Source of the DNA: an uncultured Candidatus Saccharibacteria bacterium
Lineage (GTDB): Bacteria > Patescibacteriota > Doudnabacteria > UBA920
NCBI GenBank assembly: GCA_964556325.1
Contig: CAZKVS010000001.1
Span: forward strand, 67,133-131,132
Reading direction: 5' to 3'
DNA length: 64,000 nucleotides
Every line of letters begins with the position of its first letter. Position 1 is the stretch's first letter. The notes below the pieces were generated by a model. That model worked only from the letters and a program-made list of their open reading frames with translations. It did no database searches and was not told the origin of the DNA. Shown piece by piece: positions 28,916 to 37,820 of the stretch. A program made the translations under genes and the position numbers.

Positions 28916-29428
28916 CTACATCATTTCCCCGGTTTTTATTTTTTCAATCAGTGGACCCGGTGTGCAGCGGAATAAGAAACCCTGGCCCATATCTATATCT
29001 TGCGTAGAGTGGTGTATGCGGTCGTGGGGTATGAGCGTCTCGGTTGCGGCAAAGGACTGCACAAAACTTTCGTACGATTCCGCCAACGGGTAGGCCTCTA
29101 TATGTTCAAACTTATCTGTTTGAGAGTGGTCGGGTTTTTGGTCAGAGAGTTCGAGCAGGGTAATGGGTCCTAGTGCTGTGGGTATACTGCGTCGGAGTTT
29201 TATGAGTGCAATGCGTCGGTTGGAAATAATGGACTGGTATATGTACTCACTATCGTGCTCAAACAGTGCGCGTATATGTTCAAATGTTTCCGCGCTGTCA
29301 CATTTGTAGTTTATGTGGTCTACCGCGGCTTTACCTGCTAGGGCGTGCTTAGCCACAAATGCATTAAAAAGTGAAATGTACGGCTCCGTTTTTGTGTAAA
29401 AGTCTTCAAGGGTGCTTATCTCAATCAT
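28916..29428 (-). CDS. Hypothetical protein
   Basis: 170 aa. No confident motif. Confidence 0.35.
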   Translation of the reverse strand: MIEISTLEDFYTKTEPYISLFNAFVAKHALAGKAAVDHINYKCDSAETFEHIRALFEHDSEYIYQSIISNRRIALIKLRRSIPTALGPITLLELSDQKPDHSQTDKFEHIEAYPLAESYESFVQSFAATETLIPHDRIHHSTQDIDMGQGFLFRCTPGPLIEKIKTGEMM

Positions 29429-29438
29429 AGGGTGTAGG

Positions 29439-30092
29439 TTATGCGTTTATATATTTTTTAATTGCCTGAAAAGTTTTGTTATCTTCCACTATGCGCGTAT
29501 GGCCAATTACAGGTATTTCTATATTCTGTGCTCCCGGGAGTAGGGCGTTTTTATTGGGTAGGATATGGTTATCTCTGTGAGCATATAAGTTTAGCAACCT
29601 GCCGGGTGCGGGCGGTTTTTGAAGAAGATTGGTTATGAGTGAGGAACCCGGGCACAGCTCTTGTAAGTTGCATATCCAGAGTTTTCCTACCCATGTACCC
29701 TGGAACGGTGCGCTGAGAGTAATTACTTTTCCGACTTTTTCGGGATGTGCATCCAAATACCCTTTGGCCACCAAACCACCTTTGCTATGACCAATGAGCA
29801 ATACGTGTTCTAAGGAGTGGGTTTGTATATATTCATGTAAAATTTCCACGCATGCTGCTACTGGTTGGGTGTTGTAATTTAGTTCGGGCACGGTATGAAC
29901 GTGGTACCCCAGAGTGTTGAGTTGCTCCGCTATGGTAGTCAAAAAAATCCACGGCTCAGCAAAACCCGGTATAAGTAGCACGTCTCCCGCGTTACCTTTG
30001 TTCCATGCAGCCGGTGGGCGTTGCCAGAGCGCCCGGAAGTGCAGGCGTACTATAAGCAAATATTCCAGCAGCATGTAGTGCAGTGTTTTCAT
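29439..30092 (-). CDS. Alpha/beta-hydrolase (lipase/esterase-like)
   Basis: GHSKGG nucleophile elbow (GxSxG). Confidence 0.55.
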   Translation of the reverse strand: MKTLHYMLLEYLLIVRLHFRALWQRPPAAWNKGNAGDVLLIPGFAEPWIFLTTIAEQLNTLGYHVHTVPELNYNTQPVAACVEILHEYIQTHSLEHVLLIGHSKGGLVAKGYLDAHPEKVGKVITLSAPFQGTWVGKLWICNLQELCPGSSLITNLLQKPPAPGRLLNLYAHRDNHILPNKNALLPGAQNIEIPVIGHTRIVEDNKTFQAIKKYINA

Positions 30093-30161
30093 ACTAGCTC
30101 TAGTATATCAAATAAAAATACCATGACTCTTTCAGGAGCCATGGTATTTGGATGCATATAC

Positions 30162-30968
30162 CTATTGATTTGTCTGTGTGCTGGTAGTGGCAGAGGCTTT
30201 TACTTTTACATTTTTGAGTGCTTTTACAATGGTGCCTGCATCCTTTCGAGCAGTTTGTAAGTCTTGTGTTGCGAGCTTTATTTTTGCCCGTGCGTCTTTC
30301 AGGGCTGCTTGATTGGACTGGAATACTGTCTGGTCACCGTTATCGGGTTGTAGGTTTGCAATCAAGGTAATCGCTGCGTTGGCTTGCACTGTGGCGTCGG
30401 CAGTTTTTGCGTTCATGTCTACTAGACTTGCATTCATCGCGGTGACATCCTGTCCTGCAGTTTGTGCAGCGGTAATGCGAGTTTGCAGCTTCGCGCTTAA
30501 GTCGTTCATGAGTCCGACGGTGGTTATAATTCTATCCGCTGCCGCAGTAATACGGCCTTGAGGAAGAACGAGTAAATAAATGCGATAAGACTTGGTTATA
30601 GATTGTATATCAGCTTTTAAAGTTGTGCCGTCGGTATCCGCATCAATTTTTGCCTTGAGCGCATTCATCTCACTTATAGCTGCTTGTAGCGTGGCGGTTA
30701 GACTGGCTTTTTGGTTGGTAGAGACTCGTTGCATTTCGTTTATGCGGGTAGAAAGTGCAGTGAGGGCTTTTACGCGTGCGTTTATTTGCGCATCGGCTTT
30801 GGTCCGACCGGCGGTGTCTAGTCGGATGCTCATGCCCGTTGTTTTACCATCGGTCATGGTGTTGGCTTTTAGGTCATCGCGCATGAGCGCTGCAGATGCA
30901 GGGAGTGTGGATGCGCCAATGATGGCCGCGGCGGCAAGAGACGTGCCAAGTAGTTTTGAGAGTTTCAT
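30162..30968 (-). CDS. Secreted Ala/Thr-rich coiled-coil protein
   Basis: Signal peptide. Long helical Ala/Thr/Gln-rich repeats. Confidence 0.45.
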   Translation of the reverse strand: MKLSKLLGTSLAAAAIIGASTLPASAALMRDDLKANTMTDGKTTGMSIRLDTAGRTKADAQINARVKALTALSTRINEMQRVSTNQKASLTATLQAAISEMNALKAKIDADTDGTTLKADIQSITKSYRIYLLVLPQGRITAAADRIITTVGLMNDLSAKLQTRITAAQTAGQDVTAMNASLVDMNAKTADATVQANAAITLIANLQPDNGDQTVFQSNQAALKDARAKIKLATQDLQTARKDAGTIVKALKNVKVKASATTSTQTNQ

Positions 30969-30984
30969 ATAAGTAGAGGATTAA

Positions 30985-31284
30985 TTATTTAGCAGGTGCT
31001 TGCTGCTCATTGAGGCTAGAGTCTATGCTGGCTGAGTCGTTGCTGAGTCCGGCCATGTTGGTGTCTACTGCCTTGAGCGATGCATCTAAGTCTGCATTGG
31101 TGTTGGCACTGGCTGCGTTTGGTGTAGTTTGAGTTTGCGGAGGTACTTCGGTGGGAGTTACTGCAGTAGGTAACTGCGATGTGGTTGGAGGGGTGTCATC
31201 TACAGGAGTGTTTACAGTAGTCTGACTACTGCATCCTGCTGCGAGGAGGGTAATGAGACCCACAGCAAAAAAGACTTTTTTCAT
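30985..31284 (-). CDS. Lipoprotein (Pro/Thr-rich)
   Basis: MKKVFFAVGLITLLAAGCSS signal with an LAAGC lipobox. Confidence 0.5.
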   Translation of the reverse strand: MKKVFFAVGLITLLAAGCSSQTTVNTPVDDTPPTTSQLPTAVTPTEVPPQTQTTPNAASANTNADLDASLKAVDTNMAGLSNDSASIDSSLNEQQAPAK

Positions 31285-31372
31285 AATGTATTTCGTTTAA
31301 TAATCTGCTTCAGCGGACCCGCTGAATATATACCATAGTATACAACGCCCACATGAAGGGGCTGTTACACGG

Positions 31373-31861
31373 CTATAGGTTCACTATATACTGGGGTACA
31401 ATATGCGTGTTTTTGTATTTTTGCTGTAACCCAACAGGAAGCTTGGAAAAGTTTCTAATTATTTTTCTGCAGGTAGCCGCACCGCAGTTGCAGCGCATGG
31501 TCCATATGTCGTCGCTTGCGGTAATGGTGGAATAGTCTATTAACACTTCTGCACCCTTGGGTAGGTGGGTAATTGTATACACAAAAAGTTTCTGTCCATT
31601 TTTTACAACTTTCGCGTTTGGCTCACAGGAATGGTTTAAGTACACGCCTATATGCCCTTCAGGGCTGAGATAATAGTTTTCAGATATACGAAAGCAGTTG
31701 TCTAAAAAAGTACCCCCTCGCTCAAGTAGGGTAGTATAGTGTTTGCGCACGCCAAGGATAGCAAAAACAATCTGTTCAGGTTTAATATCGTGCGTAGTAA
31801 ATATGCCTTGACCGTTGCGGGTATGTGCAACAGTAAGACCTTTATAATGCGTGTCTTGCAT
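31373..31861 (-). CDS. SET-domain protein lysine methyltransferase-like
   Basis: NHSCEPN motif, ELxxDY-type motif (EVLIDY) and a post-SET Cys cluster (CNCGAATCRK). Confidence 0.7.
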   Translation of the reverse strand: MQDTHYKGLTVAHTRNGQGIFTTHDIKPEQIVFAILGVRKHYTTLLERGGTFLDNCFRISENYYLSPEGHIGVYLNHSCEPNAKVVKNGQKLFVYTITHLPKGAEVLIDYSTITASDDIWTMRCNCGAATCRKIIRNFSKLPVGLQQKYKNTHIVPQYIVNL

Positions 31862-31864
31862 GGT

Positions 31865-32416
31865 TTAGTTTTCTATAGCATGAAAAGCAGAGAGTAACTC
31901 TGGAAAAGTAGTATACCCTGCATCCGTATTTAAGTGGCCGCCGTTGTGTATGACTGTAGGCGCCACATCGAGTTTGGCAGCTAGGTCGGCGAGTACGTCT
32001 TGAGGTACATAGGGATCATTGTTCCCGTAAAAGACAAAAGACTTTCCCACTTTTTGCCGGACTTTTATAAAATCTATTACACGCTCACGCATAAAGTAAC
32101 TATTGAGCTCAGCACCATAGTCTTTGCCAAAACCCGCAACCGAAACTAAAGCACGCACATCGGTAGGTGAGTGTTCAATAAAGTCTAAGGCAGTAACCAC
32201 CCCCAACGAGTGGCCAACTAGCACTAGTTGGTCGGTTGGTGTATTGACTACCACGCGCTGCGTAGTAGAAAGCCATGTTGCTCTATCAGGGTGTTCAGCG
32301 TCCGGTAAGTTGGGCATGAGTACCGTGTGGCCTTGGCTCGTAAGTTGGTCGTGTAGCCACTGTTCCCAGTGCGCACCCGCGTGGCTGCCTATAGCGTGGA
32401 GTATTAAAACAGTCAT
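31865..32416 (-). CDS. Serine hydrolase of the YdeN/RBBP9 alpha/beta-hydrolase family
   Basis: MTVLILHAIGSHAGAHW ... VGHSLG nucleophile elbow. Confidence 0.55.
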   Translation of the reverse strand: MTVLILHAIGSHAGAHWEQWLHDQLTSQGHTVLMPNLPDAEHPDRATWLSTTQRVVVNTPTDQLVLVGHSLGVVTALDFIEHSPTDVRALVSVAGFGKDYGAELNSYFMRERVIDFIKVRQKVGKSFVFYGNNDPYVPQDVLADLAAKLDVAPTVIHNGGHLNTDAGYTTFPELLSAFHAIEN

Positions 32417-32418
32417 GG

Positions 32419-32700
32419 TTATTTGTCCGCTTTAGGAGTCTTACCCCACTGCCAGCGAGGCTTTTCGCCGGTTCTGTAACAAATAACTATAACCAACGCT
32501 ATAAGCACTATTTCTCTCACAAAGAACCAAACGAGCATGCTCGGAGTTGGTTCGGGTGTTGTGATAAGTCCCAGAGCGTTGACGAGGAGCATGAGTATAA
32601 ACACAGCTAACACTACCCAGCCTTGCCAACTTGCCGGGTACCATCCCCAGCCGTACGTTTTATTTCTAAACCAAAGTGTTTTCATAATTGTATTATACAA
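32419..32700 (-). CDS. Small membrane protein
   Basis: Two TM helices. Confidence 0.35.
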   Translation of the reverse strand: MYNTIMKTLWFRNKTYGWGWYPASWQGWVVLAVFILMLLVNALGLITTPEPTPSMLVWFFVREIVLIALVIVICYRTGEKPRWQWGKTPKADK

Positions 32701-33775
32701 TATTTGGCTCAGAAAAAATTATATCTGCAATGTCTCTCCGTACTTCGTTTATAAGACTTGCATCGGGCTTACGCTTTGGGTGTACAAAATTGGAAAGCAT
32801 GGCAAAGGCAAGTTCTTTTTGTATGTCACACACAACTAAGCAGCCAGTAAAGCCTGTTTTGCCAAATGTATGTGGAGTTGCGTACTGGCCCATATATCGG
32901 GGTTGATTCAGCTCCCAGCCTAAACCGGTACTCTGACCAAGCTTGGCAATTTGATTTGTGTGCATAAGCTTTACTGTCTCCGGTTTAAAGTACTGATGAC
33001 CTTCCAGCGAGCCGTAATTTAATAGCATGCGCAAGAAGCGAAGTAAGTCAGGTACTGTGGTAAATAGGCCGGCATTGCCCGGGTAAAATTGTTTTTGTAA
33101 CGCATGCGCAGACTCATCATGTACGGTGCCATGCAGCAAGCCGCCTCGCTCTTCATCTATTTCGGTAGGCACAACTCGTTGTAGGTCTTGCGGTTTAAAC
33201 GAAGTATCAACCATACCCAGTGGTTGAAAAAAGAGTTCTGCTGCTAGTTCCGGCAAAGAACGGCTATATATTTTTTCCACTACTAACCCAAGCAATATAC
33301 TGGGGGTGTTAGAGTACGCGTAGTGCGCGCCCGGGTCGTGACGCAGCTTGGTAGTGTAAATGAGCTTGAGTATGTCCTCCGGGGCATCATGTTTGTGTGA
33401 AGATAGGGGAGACTCTAGGTCTAGGAGTATGGTAAAGGTAAACAAGTGCCAAATAAGTATTTGTTCACGGTGTGGGTTCTGCAAGTCGGGAAGATAGTCG
33501 CATACTTTGTCGGTAACGCTCAATCGCCCGGACTCAATAAGTTTCAGTGCTAAACAAGCTGTGGGTATGGACTTAGTAACTGAGGCAACGTCAAAAATAC
33601 TATTCGCATGCACCTGTTTCGCGTCAGCATTGTACGTAGTAGCGCCTTCGGCAATGAGCTGCGTTGCACCTAGCGTATTAACAACTCCTACAACACAACC
33701 CGGAAACACTTTTTCCTGAATAGCTCGCTGAATTCGATTGCGAATTTTTGTTTCAGTGGAATTATGCATAGCCAC
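32693..33775 (-). CDS. Beta-lactamase-fold serine hydrolase (class C / PBP4*-like)
   Basis: SVTKS (SxxK) near the N-terminus, YxN-like region. Length fits. Confidence 0.6.
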   Translation of the reverse strand: MAMHNSTETKIRNRIQRAIQEKVFPGCVVGVVNTLGATQLIAEGATTYNADAKQVHANSIFDVASVTKSIPTACLALKLIESGRLSVTDKVCDYLPDLQNPHREQILIWHLFTFTILLDLESPLSSHKHDAPEDILKLIYTTKLRHDPGAHYAYSNTPSILLGLVVEKIYSRSLPELAAELFFQPLGMVDTSFKPQDLQRVVPTEIDEERGGLLHGTVHDESAHALQKQFYPGNAGLFTTVPDLLRFLRMLLNYGSLEGHQYFKPETVKLMHTNQIAKLGQSTGLGWELNQPRYMGQYATPHTFGKTGFTGCLVVCDIQKELAFAMLSNFVHPKRKPDASLINEVRRDIADIIFSEPNIV

Positions 33776-33817
33776 AGCATACCAAAAAACCGCCTGCAGG
33801 GCGATTTGTAGGAAATA

Positions 33818-34084
33818 CTATTGTTGGGTAGGGGCGCAGGTTAAAGTGTTATCTGCAGACATTCCACAAATGCCCGCAACTGTCTCGCCGTTTGTAAGTG
33901 CAAAGTCGCACATTTCAGCCCGTGCTTTGCCCTCGCAGGCATCTTGAGTTGCATCGGTTGCGGCACCTTTTACTTCCGCGCTTGCGTTGGCAGTTTGGGC
34001 ATGGAGTTCAGGTGGGCGAGTGTTGGTTCTGGTAGCAATGGAGTATCCGGCTATGCTGAGAGGTATGCTTACAAGGACTATTAT
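33818..34084 (-). CDS. Small secreted Cys-containing protein
   Basis: Internal Met followed by a signal/TM (MKPKFLIPIIIVLVSIPLSIAG). Four Cys. Confidence 0.35.
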   Translation of the reverse strand: MIVLVSIPLSIAGYSIATRTNTRPPELHAQTANASAEVKGAATDATQDACEGKARAEMCDFALTNGETVAGICGMSADNTLTCAPTQQ

Positions 34085-34200
34085 AATTGGTATTAAAAAT
34101 TTTGGTTTCATACATATAGTAGTTATTTGTACTATTATATCACCTCTGGAAGTAAATGCGGGGGCGTGTATGCCAGTTTTAGGTTTGATATAATTCATGC

Positions 34201-35235
34201 ATGAGCAGATTATTTCAAAAACATGTACAGGTACGGTTGGTTTCCTACTCGCTGTTAGTTGTAGCGGTTATAGTTGGTTTTGTGTTGGCCGGATATTTTT
34301 ACTATAAGAGCGAGCAGGGCGACATTCCTATGTTTACCAGAATCCGCGCGGACCGGCAGGACTTAAAATACACCAACCCACTCATAGCTTCAGATTTAAT
34401 AGATAAAAAACAGCTAACCGAGTATAAACCTTTGGAGAAAAAAGTTGCAGACTACATACATCAAGTTAAAACGTCCGGCACTGCCAAAGATGTAGGCGTG
34501 TACTATCGGGAGTTTACCAGTGGTGCGTGGACTGGAGTAAACGAAGACGCCTTGTTTGCGCCGGGAAGCTTGCAAAAAGTGCCGCTCATGGTGGCGTACT
34601 ATAAAATTGCAGAAACAGCCCCAGCAATTTTAAACGATAAACTTCCCAACACCATGCAGGGCGATGCAAATACAGCCCAAGCAGTTAAGCCTGCCAAAAC
34701 CATAGAGTACGGCCAGGAAGCCTCGGTATTGGATTTGCTCAAGCTCATGATTGGTTATTCCGACAACAACGCAACTAACGTGTTGTTCAATCATTTAGAT
34801 CAAGATTCCCTCAAAGAAGTTTTTTCCGATTTAAATCTCGTCTTCAATGACCCATCAGCACACACCAATTCTATTTCCCCAAAACAGTACAGCTTGTTTT
34901 TCCGGGTACTCTATAATGCCTCGTACTTAAGTTGGGCGTACTCTGAGCAGGCTTTAAGCTTGCTTACTCAAAGCGACTTTAAAGACGGACTAGCCGCGGG
35001 TGTGCCTCAAGGTGTGGAGGTGGCGCACAAGTTTGGCGAGAGCTATAACCAAGCGGAAATAAAAAACGGCATTACCCCTCTTGAGCAGTTTCATGACTGT
35101 GGGGTGGTGTATTACCCTAATCACCCATATATTTTATGCGTCATGACTAGGGGAGAAGGATTACAGCCACTTGCGAAAGTTATCCAAGACATTTCTCGTC
35201 TCGTCTACCAAGACGCCGAAAGCCGGTATCACTAA
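34201..35235 (+). CDS. Class A beta-lactamase-fold serine hydrolase-like protein
   Basis: N-terminal TM, SLQK (SxxK), YSDNNATN (SDN). The KTG box is replaced by HKFG. Confidence 0.5.
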   Translation: MSRLFQKHVQVRLVSYSLLVVAVIVGFVLAGYFYYKSEQGDIPMFTRIRADRQDLKYTNPLIASDLIDKKQLTEYKPLEKKVADYIHQVKTSGTAKDVGVYYREFTSGAWTGVNEDALFAPGSLQKVPLMVAYYKIAETAPAILNDKLPNTMQGDANTAQAVKPAKTIEYGQEASVLDLLKLMIGYSDNNATNVLFNHLDQDSLKEVFSDLNLVFNDPSAHTNSISPKQYSLFFRVLYNASYLSWAYSEQALSLLTQSDFKDGLAAGVPQGVEVAHKFGESYNQAEIKNGITPLEQFHDCGVVYYPNHPYILCVMTRGEGLQPLAKVIQDISRLVYQDAESRYH

Positions 35236-35243
35236 TGCCCCCC

Positions 35244-35277
35244 TGTCATTCCGAGCGAGTCTTCGAGTCGAGGAATC
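35244..35277. repeat. Short copy of the TGTCATTCCG... palindromic element
   Basis: tgtcattccgagcgagtcttcgagtcgaggaatc. Confidence 0.4.
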
Positions 35278-35360
35278 TAAAGGTCAAACTGAAAATCTTG
35301 CTAATTTATGCGTTTATTGTATAATACCTGAGCAATTTAGAAGCCGTATTTATAGTATAT

Positions 35361-35378
35361 TGCCCGGTAGCCAAGTGG
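35361..35378 (+). repeat. Duplicated 5' 18 nt of tRNA-Gln (tgcccggtagccaagtgg)
   Basis: Identical to 35711..35728. Confidence 0.7.
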
Positions 35379-35450
35379 TCCCGATCAATATACGGGATCT
35401 GCGATAAGGCATCCCGATGCCGCATCGGGACATTCGAAGGTTCGAATCCT
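35372..35450. repeat. Structured repeat R, copy 1
   Basis: caagtggtcccgatcaatatacggg...aaggcatcccgatgccgcatcgggacattcgaaggttcgaatcc. Two hairpins and a T-arm-like end. Copies at 35799..35872 and 35944..35981. Confidence 0.55.
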
Positions 35451-35693
35451 ATGTACCATACGTATATTTTGGAGAACCCTGAAGGTCGGTTATATATTGG
35501 TCAAACTGATAATGTTGGGAATAGGCTATTGCGGCATAATTCTAACATGGTAAAATCAACAAAGAATAAGGGGCCTTGGAAGCTAATATATAGTCGCGAG
35601 TTTGTCGCTCGGAGTGAGTCGGTAGCGTTCGAAACTTATTTAAAATCTCTAAAAAGTTCGAAGTACATTAAATCTTATATAGTTGGTTCTTAA
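35451..35693 (+). CDS. GIY-YIG nuclease family protein (UPF0213/YhbQ-like)
   Basis: YILENPEGRLYIGQTDNVGNRLLRHN ... PWKLIYSREF ... E. The start codon directly follows repeat R. Confidence 0.7.
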   Translation: MYHTYILENPEGRLYIGQTDNVGNRLLRHNSNMVKSTKNKGPWKLIYSREFVARSESVAFETYLKSLKSSKYIKSYIVGS

Positions 35694-35710
35694 TTGGCTG
35701 CCCGTCATAG

Positions 35711-35784
35711 TGCCCGGTAGCCAAGTGGTAAGGCAGAGGACTCTGAATCCTCCATCCTAGGTTCGAATCCTAGCCGGGCAGCCA
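35711..35784 (+). tRNA. tRNA-Gln (anticodon CUG), CCA encoded
   Basis: Folded by hand. Acceptor TGCCCGG/CCGGGCA, anticodon stem GAGGA/TCCTC with loop CUCUGAA, T-arm CTAGG-TTCGAAT-CCTAG. The D-arm GCCAAGTGGTAAGGCA is close to E. coli tRNA-Gln. Confidence 0.8.
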
Positions 35785-35798
35785 ATTAAGAATCTAAA

Positions 35799-35872
35799 TC
35801 AAGTGGCCCCGATTAAGATGCGGGGTCCTCGATAAGGCACCCCGATGCTGCATCGGGGCATTCGTAGGTTCG
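35799..35872. repeat. Structured repeat R, copy 2
   Basis: caagtggccccgattaagatgcgggg...aaggcaccccgatgctgcatcggggcattcgtaggttcg. Confidence 0.5.
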
Positions 35873-35943
35873 CCCGTCTCGGCCGAGGAGAGGGCTGCCG
35901 AGCCGAGGTCGGAAATCCTTCCACCCCAGCCAAATAAATATAA

Positions 35944-35981
35944 AAGGCATCCCGACTCCGAATCGGGGCATTCCTAGGTTC
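35944..35981. repeat. Structured repeat R, partial copy 3
   Basis: aaggcatcccgactccgaatcggggcattcctaggttc. Confidence 0.4.
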
Positions 35982-36042
35982 TCCCGACCCCGCTATTATT
36001 TATAATATGACGTCGGGACCCCGACGTTGCGTCGGTGGGAAC

Positions 36043-36059
36043 CCTAGCCGGGCAGCCAA
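36043..36059 (+). repeat. Duplicated 3' 17 nt of tRNA-Gln (cctagccgggcagccaa)
   Basis: Identical to 35769..35785. Confidence 0.65.
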
Positions 36060-36061
36060 CC

Positions 36062-36086
36062 AAAATCGCCGAACAGGCGGTTTTTA
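36062..36086 (+). terminator. Intrinsic terminator (AAAATCGCCGAACAGGCGGTTTTTA), member of a 3-copy motif
   Basis: Stem cgcc/ggcg extended by A/T pairs, then a T-run. Near-identical copies at 37317 and 47845. Confidence 0.6.
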
Positions 36087-36121
36087 TATTATGCCTTTTA
36101 TTGTAGTGCTATCATTAAAGT

Positions 36122-37009
36122 ATGCATATTTTAGTTATTACCGGGGGTTCGTCTTCCGAACGGAAAATTTCTTTGCTTTCGGCAAAGGGGGTTAAGGGCG
36201 CGTTAGTTGCCAACGGGCACGCGGTAACTATGTTTGATTTTAAACGGGGGTATGACCAACTACGGAGTGCGCTTGAGAAGTGTGATATGGTTTTTCCGGT
36301 CATGCACGGCAAAGAAGGGGAGGACGGCACGTTGTATAAGTTTCTCCGCTCTGCTAAAAAGCCGTACGTAGGCTCAGAGCCAAAGGGGGCAAGGGTTGCG
36401 TTTGATAAAATTCTATTTAAAAAGTATTGCGACGCCAAAGGCATTCTTACTGCGCCATGGAAGGTTGTTAAAACCAGAGAAGATATTACTCGGTTTGGGT
36501 TGCCGTGTGTGTTGAAGGCTACCTATGGAGGCTCTTCGCACGAAGTGGCGCTCTTGCACACTGAAAAAGACCTTGCGAGTATTCGCGTTAAAAAAATACT
36601 TGCACTACCGTGCCGCTGGTATGTAGAGAGGCTACTGCAGGGCGTTGAAATTACCGTTGGGGTTCTGAACGGCAAGGCGTTACCGGTAATAGAAATTGTA
36701 CCGCCAAGTGCCGGTTGGTTTGACTATAAAAGTAAGTATTCAGGTGAGTCCCAGGAAATTCCTTTTGCACCGTCGGTAAGTAGTAAAGTTCAAAAACAGG
36801 CGCAAGCTCTCGCACTACGCATACACAAAGACCTTCGCCTAGGTAGTTATTCCCGAACAGACTTTATTGTACAAAATAGTAAGTTGTACATCCTGGAAAC
36901 CAACACCCCCGGCGGTGTCGGGCTTACTTCCGAGAGCCTGCTCCCAAAAGCTGCCAAGGCCATGGGAATGAGCTTTGAAAAACTTATTCAGCAAATGTTA
37001 AAGCAATAA
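36122..37009 (+). CDS. ddl: D-alanine--D-alanine ligase
   Basis: MHILVITGGSSSERKISLLSAKGV N-terminus, ATP-grasp core, C-terminal LYILETNTPGGVG. Confidence 0.85.
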   Translation: MHILVITGGSSSERKISLLSAKGVKGALVANGHAVTMFDFKRGYDQLRSALEKCDMVFPVMHGKEGEDGTLYKFLRSAKKPYVGSEPKGARVAFDKILFKKYCDAKGILTAPWKVVKTREDITRFGLPCVLKATYGGSSHEVALLHTEKDLASIRVKKILALPCRWYVERLLQGVEITVGVLNGKALPVIEIVPPSAGWFDYKSKYSGESQEIPFAPSVSSKVQKQAQALALRIHKDLRLGSYSRTDFIVQNSKLYILETNTPGGVGLTSESLLPKAAKAMGMSFEKLIQQMLKQ

Positions 37010-37316
37010 CGTTTTGGCAAAGGCACCCTATACAAAGGTGACCATTGTGTGGGGGAGTTTTTTGGAACAGTCTGGATTCTGTGATTCAAACCAGCCTGTG
37101 GATATGCGTTTGCGGGCAACGTTTTGAGGAGTGTATAATATATACAGATTTCAAAAGGTACGGTATAACTCCCTGTGAGTTACCGGTAGGCACAGTTGGA
37201 ATACATTCCTGCGTCAAATTAAATGAACTTCTGTCCATACGAGTTCAACTGCTAGGGGAACTGCAGAACCTTAAAGGACAGCCCACGTTATACTGTGCCT
37301 CTTGAAATCTCCCAAA

Positions 37317-37341
37317 ATCGCCAAATAGGCGGTTTTTTATT
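37317..37341 (+). terminator. Intrinsic terminator, second copy of the shared motif
   Basis: aaaatcgccaaataggcggtttttt. Confidence 0.55.
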
Positions 37342-37411
37342 TATTAGAATAAATAATGTTCTTATGATACAATTATATTAAATTTGATCCTTTTCCGGTT
37401 GTAATAAGTTT

Positions 37412-37780
37412 ATGTTCCATGTTTTAATTGCCGAGGATGAAAAGCCGATGGCCCATGCCCTTGTGTTAAAGTTGGCTAAGGCCGGTTTCCATTCCACTGT
37501 AGCGGAAAATGGTCAGATAGCCTTAAATTTGCTGCGCGACGGCCGTTATGACTTATTGCTTTTAGACATAATTATGCCACTCGTGAATGGCTTTTCTGTT
37601 CTGGAACAGTTGAAAAAAGATGGTGAGCATGCCATGCCCATTATCATGACTACCAATTTGGGACAGGAAGAAGACCGAAAAAGAGCCATGGATTTGGGTG
37701 CTGTTGACTACGTTATTAAGTCAGACACGCCAATAGCTCAAATAGTAGAAAAGATTCAGGTTATTTTAAACCCAAAGTAA
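37412..37780 (+). CDS. Stand-alone response-regulator receiver domain
   Basis: VLIAEDE ... LLLDIIMP ... K. Confidence 0.8.
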   Translation: MFHVLIAEDEKPMAHALVLKLAKAGFHSTVAENGQIALNLLRDGRYDLLLLDIIMPLVNGFSVLEQLKKDGEHAMPIIMTTNLGQEEDRKRAMDLGAVDYVIKSDTPIAQIVEKIQVILNPK

Positions 37781-37820
37781 ACAGTATGAGTCGGTTGTGG
37801 GTGGATTGGGTTAGTTTCTT

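Noticed and set aside
30313-30972. Plus-strand ORFs 30313..30561 and 30592..30972
   Set aside because: They are antisense to the Ala/Thr-rich coiled-coil gene. Ala-rich genes create long complementary-strand ORFs by composition.
35361-35450. A second complete tRNA (or intron-containing tRNA) upstream of the GIY-YIG gene
   Set aside because: It has a tRNA-Gln 5' end and a GGTTCGAATCC T-arm-like end but no complementary 3' acceptor strand. The internal hairpins (cccg..cggg and the cccgatgc-c-gcatcggg palindrome) cannot form an anticodon arm. It is better described as a tRNA fragment plus repeat R.
36007-36444. ORFs 36007..36195 (+) and 36115..36444 (-) near the tRNA region and ddl start
   Set aside because: The first spans the tRNA-fragment, terminator and ddl-start junction. 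The second is antisense to ddl. Neither has protein-like composition.
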